Assembly: GCA_963845145.1 (NCBI GenBank)
Contig: CAWJQU010000017.1
Location: 96,001-160,000, forward strand
Length of the DNA stretch: 64,000 bases
Direction of reading: 5' to 3'
From: an uncultured delta proteobacterium
GTDB lineage: Bacteria; Desulfobacterota; Desulfobacteria; Desulfobacterales; QNYZ01
Shown here: positions 10,607-20,042 of the stretch, in pieces
How positions within the stretch are numbered: the first letter of the stretch is position 1
Layout of the letters: every line of letters begins with the position of its first letter
The notes under the pieces: generated by a model
What the model was told of the DNA's origin: nothing
Database searches by the model: none
Seen by the model: the letters and a program-made list of their open reading frames with translations, nothing else
Translations under genes and position numbers: made by a program

Positions 10607-11080
10607 TTATATTTTCATAATCTGGTCACGGTTGTCCCATACTTTTTGAATAAAGGCCTGCCAGGTATTATTGGGTTTCCAGATTTCAGCCACCGGCGCC
10701 ATGGCTTTATCTTTCGGCCAATCCTGGATGATCATCCGGAAAAGCGCCATGAACACGGATACCCGCATATTGGCTTCACAATGGACATGAATATTTTGGT
10801 CCTTATTCTCCGCCATGGTTCGGCAAAAATCTTTAAAATTATCTATATGCGGCCTTTCCCAGTAAACCGGTATCCTCACAAAATCTAAACCCACGGCTTT
10901 AACCAGGTCCGCCTCACCGGGAAGATCCGTTCCAATACCATCAGGGACCAGGGTGATGATTAAGTCTGTGTCTAATCCGCCAATTAGGGGTATTTCATCT
11001 TTTAGCGGCATCCCGGATGTGGTGATCCTTTTCGAAAGTCGTAAGAAGTTAAAAATGGACAATGTATCCTCGGATTGCAT
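10607..11080 (-). CDS. DUF442/PTP-like cysteine phosphatase-fold protein
   Basis: TSGMP, FVRIPV and HVHCEANMRVS (Cx4R loop). Confidence 0.75.
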   Translation of the reverse strand: MQSEDTLSIFNFLRLSKRITTSGMPLKDEIPLIGGLDTDLIITLVPDGIGTDLPGEADLVKAVGLDFVRIPVYWERPHIDNFKDFCRTMAENKDQNIHVHCEANMRVSVFMALFRMIIQDWPKDKAMAPVAEIWKPNNTWQAFIQKVWDNRDQIMKI

Positions 11081-11137
11081 ATTCACCTTCCTTCGTATCA
11101 ATGGATTGGGTATACCATTTGTTGCCTTACTTTACCT

Positions 11138-12217
11138 CTATGCATCTTTTCCCGGAATTCCCGCTTCCTCAAATGTCAGTACTTCCCTAAAGACTTTAAC
11201 CGCAGCATCCATTAAACCCATAGCCAAAGCGCCGCCGGTGCCTTCTCCCAATCGCATACCCAAATCGAGGATCGGTTCGAGTTTAAGATGGGCAAGCATG
11301 GCCCGGTGCCCGGCTTCGGCCGAACAATGTCCGGCAAACAGGTAGTCGGTCACTGTCGGATTAAGGGCGTGGGCGATAAGCGCACCGGCCGTCGAGATAA
11401 AGCCATCGATCACGACCGGTTTTTGATGATAGGCGCCGGCGAGAATGGAACCGGCAATTCCGGCGATTTCGAAACCGCCAACCTTAGAGAGTACATCGAT
11501 ACCATCGTCAGGGTCAGGCTGGTTGGTTTCGATGCCTTTTTTAATGGCCATTTTTTTTCGATTCAACCCCGTATCGTCCACACCCGTACCCCTGCCAACC
11601 ATTTTGTCCAAGTCGCAACCGGTCAAGACTGCGCCGATGGCAGCGGATGGCGTGGTGTTGCCGATCCCCATATCGCCTGTGCCCATAAGTTCATATCCCT
11701 CCGAAAAAAGTGCTGAGGCACGGTTGAAACCAGCCAGTAGCGCTTGATTGGCCTGTTCCGGTGTCATGGCTGGACCAATGGCCAGGTTGGCCGTGCCGGG
11801 TGCGATTTTGTTTATCGTTAATTGCCCGCTATTTTTCATCACATCTGAAGACAGCTCGGGAACGATCCCCATATCCACAACCCATACATCGGCACCAATA
11901 TGGCTGGAAACCGCATTGATTCCGGCACCACCGGCTAAAAATGTCTGAACCATGGCGCCGGTAACTTCCTGTGGATAGGCGCTCACACCTTCCGCTACGA
12001 CACCATGGTCGCCTGCCATAATCAGGATGCCTTTTTTGGCGATGGAAGGCGTCAGAGTCGCTCCAATGGCACAAAGTCTTTCCGATATTTCATGGAGACG
12101 GCCCATAGCGCGTGTCGGCATGAGCAATTGGGCGGTTCTTTCACCGGCTTTTTCAAGCCAGTTATTATCTACAGGCTTGATATCGGACAAAATTTGGCTG
12201 AGTTTGGTATTCGTCAT
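11138..12217 (-). CDS. cobT: Nicotinate-nucleotide:dimethylbenzimidazole phosphoribosyltransferase
   Basis: AGDHGV, GDMGIGNTT, GRGTG, GGFEIAG, RLGEGTG. ATG 12217 with SD AGGAG. Confidence 0.96.
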   Translation of the reverse strand: MTNTKLSQILSDIKPVDNNWLEKAGERTAQLLMPTRAMGRLHEISERLCAIGATLTPSIAKKGILIMAGDHGVVAEGVSAYPQEVTGAMVQTFLAGGAGINAVSSHIGADVWVVDMGIVPELSSDVMKNSGQLTINKIAPGTANLAIGPAMTPEQANQALLAGFNRASALFSEGYELMGTGDMGIGNTTPSAAIGAVLTGCDLDKMVGRGTGVDDTGLNRKKMAIKKGIETNQPDPDDGIDVLSKVGGFEIAGIAGSILAGAYHQKPVVIDGFISTAGALIAHALNPTVTDYLFAGHCSAEAGHRAMLAHLKLEPILDLGMRLGEGTGGALAMGLMDAAVKVFREVLTFEEAGIPGKDA

Positions 12218-12247
12218 CGTTAATTCTCCTAATGATAGATAAACGTT

Positions 12248-12285
12248 AAAAATAAAAAACCCCAAGCAGCCTAAACCGCTTGGGG
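12248..12285 (-). terminator. Intrinsic terminator, riboswitch expression platform
   Basis: Minus strand CCCCAAGCGG..CTGCTTGGGG followed by TTTTTT, between the riboswitch and cobT. Confidence 0.8.
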
Positions 12286-12314
12286 ATTTACCATCTCCGC
12301 AAACACTAATCATT

Positions 12315-12478
12315 GGGGCAGGTCTTCTGACTGATGGGTCTACCTAATCTCCGCGCCTTCCCACTTTGCTGAAAACAAAGCAGTGGCTGTTTGCGGATTT
12401 CGTCACCAAATACAGCGGCGGGACCGTTCCGGAATTAAACCGAATTCCCTTTTAAGCCTTTTGGGGCACCTTCAATGA
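12315..12478 (-). ncRNA. Cobalamin riboswitch
   Basis: Minus strand AAAAGGGAAttCGGTttAAtTCCGGaACgGTCCCGCCgCTGT ... GCCACTG ... GGGAAGG ... AGTCAGAAGACCTGCC (B12 box), upstream of cobT. Confidence 0.95.
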
Positions 12479-12610
12479 CCGGTTAAATTGTGATGTAAAC
12501 ATAAAAGAGTGGAAATGCCTTGTCAAATAAAAAAATCGTTACTGTGCGGTATCGTTTATCGACATGGCGGTTAGGTCTGCATGTTATATCAACAGGGTCG
12601 AATTATCCTG

Positions 12611-14278
12611 TTAATTTTCAATCGGCGATGGAATGTGTGATCGATTCACCGCCGGATGGCCATGTTTTAGGGAGGACACGATTTCATCAATCAGCGGTCG
12701 AAGCGTCTGGCGGTCAATGGCGGATATGGGGACACCACCGATGGAGTGGGCAAGGTGGTTGGTCCGGTCCTGACTGATACGATCGGTTTTGTTTAGTACG
12801 CGAACCGTCGGGATGGTATGCAGGGACAAATCAGACAGAATTTTTTCCACCGCCTGAATCCGTTCACCGGTTCTGGGCATGCTAATGTCGATGACATGCA
12901 ATAACAGATCAGCGCTCTCCAGCTCTTCCAGGGTTGCCCGAAAGGCCACCATCAGATCCTTTGGCAGGTCGCGAATAAAGCCCACCGTATCGGTAATAAT
13001 AACTTCCATATCCTGGGGAAATCTCAAGCGGCGACTGGATGGGTCCAGGGTGGCGAATAAGCGTTTTTCGGCCAGCACCCGGCTATGTGTCAAGGTATTT
13101 AATAGGGTTGATTTTCCCGCATTGGTATATCCGACAATGGAGATAATGGGTATGCGGTTTCGACGCCGCCGAAGTCGTTGCTGTCGGCGATGTTTGCGCA
13201 CATTGTCCAGCGTTTTTTCCAGGGCGCGGATTCGCTGGCGGACCCGCCGACGGTTGATTTCGAGCTTGGTTTCACCCGGACCACGTCCCCCGATTCCACC
13301 GGTCAAACGGGACATGGCCGTATTTTTTGCGACGAGACGCGGTAGCAGGTATTTGAGCTGGGCCAGTTCCACCTGGAGCTTGCCTTCACGGGTACGTGCG
13401 CGTTGGGCAAAGATATCCAGGATGAGTTGGGTCCGATCGATGACTTTAAGTTCGATCAGATCCGTAATGGACCGTATTTGGGATGGTGTCAGATTCTGGT
13501 CAAAAATGATTAAGCCCGTGCCTTCCTGGAGGGCGCGAATGGCCAGATCCATGAGCTTTCCGCGCCCCATTAGAAGGCGGGGGTCAATTTTCTTTCGAAT
13601 CTGAAGCACGGTATCAATGACACGGATGCCGCCGGACTTCGCCAGCTCACACAATTCCGCCAACGCATTTTGGGCCACCTTTCGAGGTGCCGTGGAAACG
13701 CTGACAAGCAGCGCTGTGTCTTTTCCCATACCGGCGTCAAAACCGGTGTGACGGGCGGCCAGTTCGGTTTCAATGGCTTTAATAAGCTCATCGCAACCGA
13801 TATCGGCCTCATTGGGGCGCATGGGGTCAAGGTGTTGATAGGGCGGGTCTTTTTTGCCAGGCAGAATATGGGCGGCGTGGACCTGTAAAGGGTCGCCGTT
13901 AGCCGCTACGGTTATCGCGGCCATCAGGTCGAGCCGCAAAAGTGCCAGATCGGTCAGGTCGTCTAAAGTCAGTGGCTCATCGGCCAAATGGGTGTGCACG
14001 CACCGTAACCCGTTTAGTCGGCCGGGTGCCGTACGATAGTCACGCATGTCCGGAATGACGATCCGCCGTTGTGTCCCGACGATTACAAAGGCAATTTTAC
14101 CCTGCCGGGTAACCATTATGGCAATCTGGCGTTGAATTTCCCGGGAGAGTCGGCTGATTTCAAGTATAGACTGGGGGGTGGCAATGAATCGGGGCGGAAT
14201 TTTACGACGATACAGTCTTTCTATCCGGCGGATCTGGTCGGCTTTAAGTCCGGTGAGGTTGCCGAAAACGGATTTCAT
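12611..14278 (-). CDS. hflX: GTPase HflX, long form
   Basis: GYTNAGKS, LFATLD, DTVGF, NKTD, GGRGPGETKLE. Confidence 0.95.
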   Translation of the reverse strand: MKSVFGNLTGLKADQIRRIERLYRRKIPPRFIATPQSILEISRLSREIQRQIAIMVTRQGKIAFVIVGTQRRIVIPDMRDYRTAPGRLNGLRCVHTHLADEPLTLDDLTDLALLRLDLMAAITVAANGDPLQVHAAHILPGKKDPPYQHLDPMRPNEADIGCDELIKAIETELAARHTGFDAGMGKDTALLVSVSTAPRKVAQNALAELCELAKSGGIRVIDTVLQIRKKIDPRLLMGRGKLMDLAIRALQEGTGLIIFDQNLTPSQIRSITDLIELKVIDRTQLILDIFAQRARTREGKLQVELAQLKYLLPRLVAKNTAMSRLTGGIGGRGPGETKLEINRRRVRQRIRALEKTLDNVRKHRRQQRLRRRRNRIPIISIVGYTNAGKSTLLNTLTHSRVLAEKRLFATLDPSSRRLRFPQDMEVIITDTVGFIRDLPKDLMVAFRATLEELESADLLLHVIDISMPRTGERIQAVEKILSDLSLHTIPTVRVLNKTDRISQDRTNHLAHSIGGVPISAIDRQTLRPLIDEIVSSLKHGHPAVNRSHIPSPIEN

Positions 14279-14299
14279 CAATCGCAATCCGGCGCGGTC

Positions 14300-15679
14300 T
14301 TAATGATCATACGTTTTGGGGGGAGGGGTCGTGGCCGCTTCCTCAAAACGGGTATAGGCATGTAAGAATGTCATCGGAACCTTACCGGTGGGGCCATTAC
14401 GCTGTTTGGAGACAATCAGCTCGGCTTGCCCTTTATTATCCTCCTTATCGGGATAGTAGACCTCATCCCGGTAAATAAAAGCGACGACATCCGCATCTTG
14501 CTCAAGGGCGCCGGATTCTCGCAAATCGGAAAGCTGTGGGCGTTTGTCCTGCCGCTCTTCAAGTTTACGATTCAACTGGGACAAGGCCACGACAGGAACA
14601 CTGATTTCTTTGGCGAGTATTTTTAACGATCTCGATATTGCCGATATTTCCAGATCACGGCGTTCGGATTGCCCACGAGTGCGCATCAATTGAAGATAGT
14701 CGATTATGACCAGGCCGAGGCCTTTATCGAGTTTTAAGCGCCTGGCCTTGGCCCGAATTTCCATGACCGAAATATCCGGGGAGTCGTCAATGTAAATCGG
14801 TGCAGGGGAAAGCCGGCTGGCAGCATCGGTCAGGTCACTCCAATCCGACGGGCTGGAAAAGCCGGTTCGCAGACGAAATGAATCGACTTTTGCCTCGGAG
14901 CAAAGCATGCGCAATGAGAGTTGCTCCATGGACATTTCCAGGGAAAAAAAGGCTACCGACACACCACCATCCACAGCGGCGTTGCGTGCCATATTCAAAG
15001 CAAATGCTGTTTTTCCCATACTTGGACGGGCGGCGAGAATGATCAGATCCGAAGGTTGCAGGCCGGAGGTCATGCTGTCTAACTTGGAATATCCAGTGGG
15101 TACCCCGGTGAGCAGGGTTTTATTTTCCTGTTGTTTTTCCAGGGTATCGAAATTATGGGCGAGAATTTTACCCAGCTGGCGAAAGGCCGGACGGGTTTGA
15201 TCTTCGGCTATTTCAAACACCGACGATTCGGCGAAGTCCACGATATCGTCCACCGGACCCGGATCTTCGTAACACCGCTTGGTTATCTCATTTGCCTTTT
15301 GAATCAGCCGACGCAATCGGGCTTTGCCATGAACGATGCGGGCATAGTGCTGAACGTTCGGCGCCGCCGGGACCGTTTCAATAATCGATGCCAAATGGGC
15401 GGCGCCACCCACCGCTTCAAGTTTTCCTGTGCTGCGCAGTGAATTGGTGACCGTTACGAGGTCGATGGGTTCGTTTTGGTCAAACAGTCCCTCAATGGAT
15501 TCAAAAATGATCTGGTGCGCGCGGCGGTAAAAATCCCGGGGTGTCAGGATCTCGATGATGTCCAGAAACGTATCGCTATCGAGGAGAATCGCGCTGATCA
15601 AGGACTCTTCGGCTTCCAGGCTTTGGGGAGGGAGGCTTTGCAAAGAGGGATCGGTTCTGTTTTTTGATTCTGGCGGCAT
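14300..15679 (-). CDS. dnaB: Replicative DNA helicase
   Basis: AARPSMGKT, DYLQL, LSQLNR, SDLRESGALEQDAD, KQRNGP. Confidence 0.97.
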   Translation of the reverse strand: MPPESKNRTDPSLQSLPPQSLEAEESLISAILLDSDTFLDIIEILTPRDFYRRAHQIIFESIEGLFDQNEPIDLVTVTNSLRSTGKLEAVGGAAHLASIIETVPAAPNVQHYARIVHGKARLRRLIQKANEITKRCYEDPGPVDDIVDFAESSVFEIAEDQTRPAFRQLGKILAHNFDTLEKQQENKTLLTGVPTGYSKLDSMTSGLQPSDLIILAARPSMGKTAFALNMARNAAVDGGVSVAFFSLEMSMEQLSLRMLCSEAKVDSFRLRTGFSSPSDWSDLTDAASRLSPAPIYIDDSPDISVMEIRAKARRLKLDKGLGLVIIDYLQLMRTRGQSERRDLEISAISRSLKILAKEISVPVVALSQLNRKLEERQDKRPQLSDLRESGALEQDADVVAFIYRDEVYYPDKEDNKGQAELIVSKQRNGPTGKVPMTFLHAYTRFEEAATTPPPKTYDH

Positions 15680-15824
15680 TTTTGTACGCTAAATGGGTGT
15701 TGGGTTGCCGGGATCGGATGGTTGCCATGTCAGCGCCTGACCGGGCGGGGTTGCGCCCTAAAACGTATCCACGGGCGGAATCAGACCCAGCCGAGGCGCA
15801 ATGTGTCGATCGATCAGGCGGATA

Positions 15825-16271
15825 TTATGCTTCGGATACAACCTCAACGGTGATTTCCGGCTCCACTTCGGCATAAACACGAATCGGAACTTTGTAGCTG
15901 CCCGTTTCCTTGATGGGCGCTTGCAATAGAACCATTCGTTTTTCCACCTTAATATCCTGTTTGGCCAGATTCTCGATGATGTTGTTAATAGTGATCGACC
16001 CGTAAAGTTTGTTCTCATTGCCGGCTTTGGCTGAAATGGTACACACCACATCTTTTAATTGATTTGCCATCTCTTCAGCCAGTTTGCGCTCTTTGGCGAT
16101 TTGCAGATCAATTTTTTTTCGTTGGTCTTTTATTCTTTGCCGGTTTTGGGCGGTGTCGGCCAGGGCCTTTCCCTGGGGCAGCAAATAGTTACGCGCATAC
16201 CCATCTGAAACCGTTACTTCGCTACCGATAATCCCGAGGGATTCAATGGTTTCATTTAAAATAACTTTCAT
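15825..16271 (-). CDS. rplI: 50S ribosomal protein L9
   Basis: MKVIL..LG..G..V.V.DGYARNYLLP and KLYGSI. Confidence 0.97.
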   Translation of the reverse strand: MKVILNETIESLGIIGSEVTVSDGYARNYLLPQGKALADTAQNRQRIKDQRKKIDLQIAKERKLAEEMANQLKDVVCTISAKAGNENKLYGSITINNIIENLAKQDIKVEKRMVLLQAPIKETGSYKVPIRVYAEVEPEITVEVVSEA

Positions 16272-16313
16272 TTTTACCTCTTTTCGTTGTCAATTGGGAA
16301 TGGATATTTTGTA

Positions 16314-17261
16314 TTATTCAGGTTTTTTATTAAGTTTACGAAAATCGAGCCAGGTGTCGAAAAAGCCAAAAGCAATGACCACCATAAGTAGCAATTGCTG
16401 TATAAAAATCAAACCGTAGAGCAGAAACCTGGCAATCTTGGGGAACTGTTTGCGGTTAAAATAAAAGGAGACGATGGCGATCCCCTGAAAAAAATAGACC
16501 GTTAAAAGAATGATCAGCACGTTTAAGCCAACCATCTTAAGGCTACCCAATGGTAGAAGCAGAATACCACCACAGCAGATAACCGGCCAAATCAAAACCT
16601 CCGGTGTGCGCCATTCATTCAGCCGACCAAAGTCAGGAACCGGTAACCCGGAAACAGTAAAAATGGGACGAGCCATCAACAAATTTGCCCAAACCACTAT
16701 CATGGTCATGGTCGTTATCAAAGCGGGCGTAATTCTGACAAGCACGTAGTGAATTTCTTTGAGCGACTCGGAAAATATCCGGACGCTCTCATCAGGAAGA
16801 CCGGCACTTTTATACAAAGCCATGGTTAGTTCAAGACTTCGCATGACATAAGCCGACAACAGTGCGCCAACCCCCTGACCAAGAGTCAGACTGTACAAAA
16901 ACAATCCGGTGGCGCCTGATATTAGAACGATCAGGCATGTTAAAACCACCACCGCCTCCACCGGAAATTTTTTTTCAAAGAGCACACACAAAAAGATGCC
17001 GATTAAAAGCAATTCGGCAAAAAATAACAGATCGGGACCAATCCCACCGATTATCAGCGAGATCACAAAAAGTGAAATCGCTGCGATAATAATACCGTAA
17101 TGAAGGCCCCGTTTGGTTTGCGTGTACATGACCGGAAGCGGAATAAACAAGGCGAAGAAAAAGCCCAAAACGGGCAGATAAACCGCCATGCCGAACAGAA
17201 AGCAGACCAGTGTAATGCTACCCACAAGATCTTTGACTTCCATTTTGGCCAAATCAGGCAT
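16314..17261 (-). CDS. YybS/DUF2232 membrane protein
   Basis: Polytopic; YFFQGIAI and GFFDTWLDFRK; conserved position between rpsR and rplI. Start uncertain. Confidence 0.85.
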   Translation of the reverse strand: MPDLAKMEVKDLVGSITLVCFLFGMAVYLPVLGFFFALFIPLPVMYTQTKRGLHYGIIIAAISLFVISLIIGGIGPDLLFFAELLLIGIFLCVLFEKKFPVEAVVVLTCLIVLISGATGLFLYSLTLGQGVGALLSAYVMRSLELTMALYKSAGLPDESVRIFSESLKEIHYVLVRITPALITTMTMIVVWANLLMARPIFTVSGLPVPDFGRLNEWRTPEVLIWPVICCGGILLLPLGSLKMVGLNVLIILLTVYFFQGIAIVSFYFNRKQFPKIARFLLYGLIFIQQLLLMVVIAFGFFDTWLDFRKLNKKPE

Positions 17262-17367
17262 TACCCGTTTACTCCGGATGCATGGCCCCATGAGGCCTTT
17301 AACAACCGTTTCATGTCGCTTATAAAAAGCGATGGCATCCCAGACGGGATTCCTATGTTAAAAAAAA

Positions 17368-17631
17368 TTATCTTCCCTGATATTTGCCGACAAACGGCAG
17401 CAGGGCGATGGATCGGGCGCGTTTGATTGCACGCGTCAATTGACGCTGATGGGTGGCACACGTACCCGAAATACGACGAGGAATAATTCTCCCTCGTTCA
17501 GTGATGTAAAATTTTAATTGCCCTGGATCTTTATAATCGATGTTTAGGGTTTTATCGGCACAGAATCGGCATACTTTACGGCGGTAAAATCTTCTTTTAA
17601 ATGTCGGTTGCCTCGAGGTATTGAAGGCCAT
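17368..17631 (-). CDS. rpsR: 30S ribosomal protein S18 (Zn-binding form)
   Basis: [30 protein letters not shown]. Confidence 0.97.
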   Translation of the reverse strand: MAFNTSRQPTFKRRFYRRKVCRFCADKTLNIDYKDPGQLKFYITERGRIIPRRISGTCATHQRQLTRAIKRARSIALLPFVGKYQGR

Positions 17632-17633
17632 GG

Positions 17634-18194
17634 TTACTCCTTATCGTCAGGGGTGTCTGAATCGGTTGGGGCGTCTTCGGTTGCCGTTTCCGTGGTTTCG
17701 GGTGATTTGGATTCGGTATCCGTCGACGGCGAATTTTCCACCGCTATCTCACTGGGCGGTTCTGCGGTTTCGGTCTCGGCAGCGGCAGCGGCTTCACTTG
17801 CTTCTCTCTTTTGCGCTTCCTCTTCAGCCAATCTGACCCTTTCCTTTGCGGCGGCAACTTTTTCTTCTTCTTCGGTGATTTCGGTCTCGATCGCCTCGAG
17901 ATCAACCTCATCTTCCAGAAGTACCGTCATAAACTTAAGGTAGGCGTCATTAATTTTAAACCGCCGTTCCATTTCAGCGACAAGATCGTTGGTGCCACAA
18001 TAATCGAGGCGTAAATAATGCCCCCGTGGCTTTTTCTTGATCTTGTAGGCCAGCTTACGGCTCCCCCACTCATCAAACTTAACCAGGCGACCATCGTATT
18101 GATCAATCAACTCCTTGATCTGATCAAAAAATTGGCCGCGACCCTCTTCTCCCAAATCCGGATCGAGAATAACAATCGTCTCGTACCTACGCAT
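17634..18194 (-). CDS. rpsF: 30S ribosomal protein S6 with long acidic tail
   Basis: MRRYET..ILDP and [12 protein letters not shown]. Confidence 0.96.
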   Translation of the reverse strand: MRRYETIVILDPDLGEEGRGQFFDQIKELIDQYDGRLVKFDEWGSRKLAYKIKKKPRGHYLRLDYCGTNDLVAEMERRFKINDAYLKFMTVLLEDEVDLEAIETEITEEEEKVAAAKERVRLAEEEAQKREASEAAAAAETETAEPPSEIAVENSPSTDTESKSPETTETATEDAPTDSDTPDDKE

Positions 18195-18198
18195 TGAA

Positions 18199-18245
18199 CC
18201 TCCTCATGGATGTGTAGCCCCGCGGCTAACCGCTGGAGCAAGGAT
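18199..18245 (-). promoter_or_regulatory. Probable S6:S18-binding autoregulatory mRNA leader
   Basis: UCCUU-GCUCC-hairpin-GGGGC-UACACA-UCCA-UGAGGAGG; the anti-SD pairs with the SD and a CC motif precedes it. Confidence 0.65.
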
Positions 18246-18478
18246 ACAAAATGCCAACCCTGGCATAAACAGAACTAAATAATACCAATGATGCGGTATT
18301 GTCAAGGTTGTTTAAGAATAAAAATGAAGATGAAAGGGACCTGAAACGTGGCCTTGACGATAACCCACCAATGGTCATATTTTGAACAACCAGAAAGGGC
18401 GTTAACCGATGCCTATAATCGTCGATGGCGCGGACTAAACGACTTAACACCAATTTAATACCAAGGGAATATTTTAGA

Positions 18479-19144
18479 ATGAAAATCAATGAAAAAATAC
18501 AAGGGTTTATGTGGGAATCTTTTAATGTAAACAATTGCAATACCTACCTTATTCATGGTGACACCAATATTTTGATCGATCCCGGGCATAAGCATTTATT
18601 CGATCACGTTGAAAAAGATCTGGATACGGCCGGATATGCATTAAGTGACATTGACCTGGTTATCTGTACCCATGGCCACCCTGATCATATAGAAGGCGTG
18701 AGTCTATTTAAGGATTTGCCGGCTCGAACAACATTGCATACCGAGGAATGGGATTTCGTTAAAAATATGGCGCCGCGCTTTCAGTCTTCCCTGGGAGAGG
18801 CCTTTAACGACTTGGCGCCCGATTTTTTCCTGACCGAGGGCGATTTGGCGGCAGGCGATATTCAGTTGCAAGTATTTCATACACCGGGCCACTCTCCCGG
18901 ATCCGTGTGCTTGTATTGGCCCGCGCAAAAGTTGCTGATCACCGGAGATCTTATCTTCAAGGAAGGCCTGGGGCGGACGGACCTTCCCGGCGGTGACGGA
19001 AATCTTATTAAAGTGAGCATTCAGCGCATGGCCGAGCTGGATATCGAATGGGTGTTGCCCGGACATGGAGAGATTATTGTCGGCAGGGAAGCCGTCAAGG
19101 CCAATTTCGATCAATTGGCGAGCTATTGGTTTGCCTATGTCTGA
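18479..19144 (+). CDS. MBL-fold hydrolase (glyoxalase II-like)
   Basis: THGHPDH, HTPGHSPGS, TGD, GRTDLPGG, LPGHG. Confidence 0.9.
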   Translation: MKINEKIQGFMWESFNVNNCNTYLIHGDTNILIDPGHKHLFDHVEKDLDTAGYALSDIDLVICTHGHPDHIEGVSLFKDLPARTTLHTEEWDFVKNMAPRFQSSLGEAFNDLAPDFFLTEGDLAAGDIQLQVFHTPGHSPGSVCLYWPAQKLLITGDLIFKEGLGRTDLPGGDGNLIKVSIQRMAELDIEWVLPGHGEIIVGREAVKANFDQLASYWFAYV

Positions 19145-19203
19145 AGGTACCTCAGATCTTTTATAATAGGACTATTTGAACCTGATTCCCAACCGAAAGC
19201 ATT

Positions 19204-19737
19204 CTATTGGGCAATCATGCGTTGTTTTTCTAACGCGAGTTGATCTTGAAAACGCTCGGCGACAACCTGACGCTTTTGCTGCCAGTCCGGATCGGTTTCG
19301 ATATTGGGTATCACGGCCGTACCGGATATTTTAAAATTGTTGGAGAGGGCGGATTTTAATACTTCAATATGTCTGTTTTTCAGATCCTCAACGCTTAGGC
19401 GGTATTGATCCAGGACGGTAGATACGGATGATATATCCAACTTGAAATGGTCCGCAAGCAGGTCTAATCGTCGGGTGCTGTCGTGATTTAATCCCACTCC
19501 GTCTAATACCATTTCAAGAATGTGGGCAGCCGTGTCGGGGCCAAATTTGTTTTGGAGTTCTTCCAACTGCTCATCAAACTCGCTCAGCTTAATCGCCTGA
19601 TCATCCACTTTCTGAATCAGCCCCGTTAACCGTTTTTTTAACTCGGTTTGCCGCTGCTTTTCTTTTTCACTCTCGCTCATAGCCAGATTCTTGGTCCGTT
19701 CCATGACAAGATCCAACGTACTTTTTATTTCGCCCAT
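19204..19737 (-). CDS. Hypothetical helical protein
   Basis: 177-aa ORF with SD GGAGG; N-terminus MGEIKSTLDLVMERT. Confidence 0.75.
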   Translation of the reverse strand: MGEIKSTLDLVMERTKNLAMSESEKEKQRQTELKKRLTGLIQKVDDQAIKLSEFDEQLEELQNKFGPDTAAHILEMVLDGVGLNHDSTRRLDLLADHFKLDISSVSTVLDQYRLSVEDLKNRHIEVLKSALSNNFKISGTAVIPNIETDPDWQQKRQVVAERFQDQLALEKQRMIAQ

Positions 19738-20042
19738 TTATCCTCCGTTTTTACTATGTATTTTCAGCGGTCATGGCCGGTGTCACAGGGAACTGAATGA
19801 ACAGGCTTTTGTCTTGGATGGTCATATAAGTTCCCATTTCGTCATCTCAATCATTTCTGAGCATTGCCAACGGGAATGGCCCCCGTAAGGCTGCACCCTA
19901 TTTGGTTGACACTGAACCAAGACACCCTTATTTTTTGAAATGATTATGGTCGATTGAATTGTAAAATCTCCTTAGGCTCAATGATAGATACTGCCGAAAA
20001 GAGACATTGTAAAACAAAAAATAATATTGTGGAGGTTCGATT

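Noticed and set aside
12879..13604. Long antisense ORFs (here, 20823-21395, 42767-43405, 57646-58266 and others)
   Set aside because: Shadows of well-supported genes, with no recognisable motifs.
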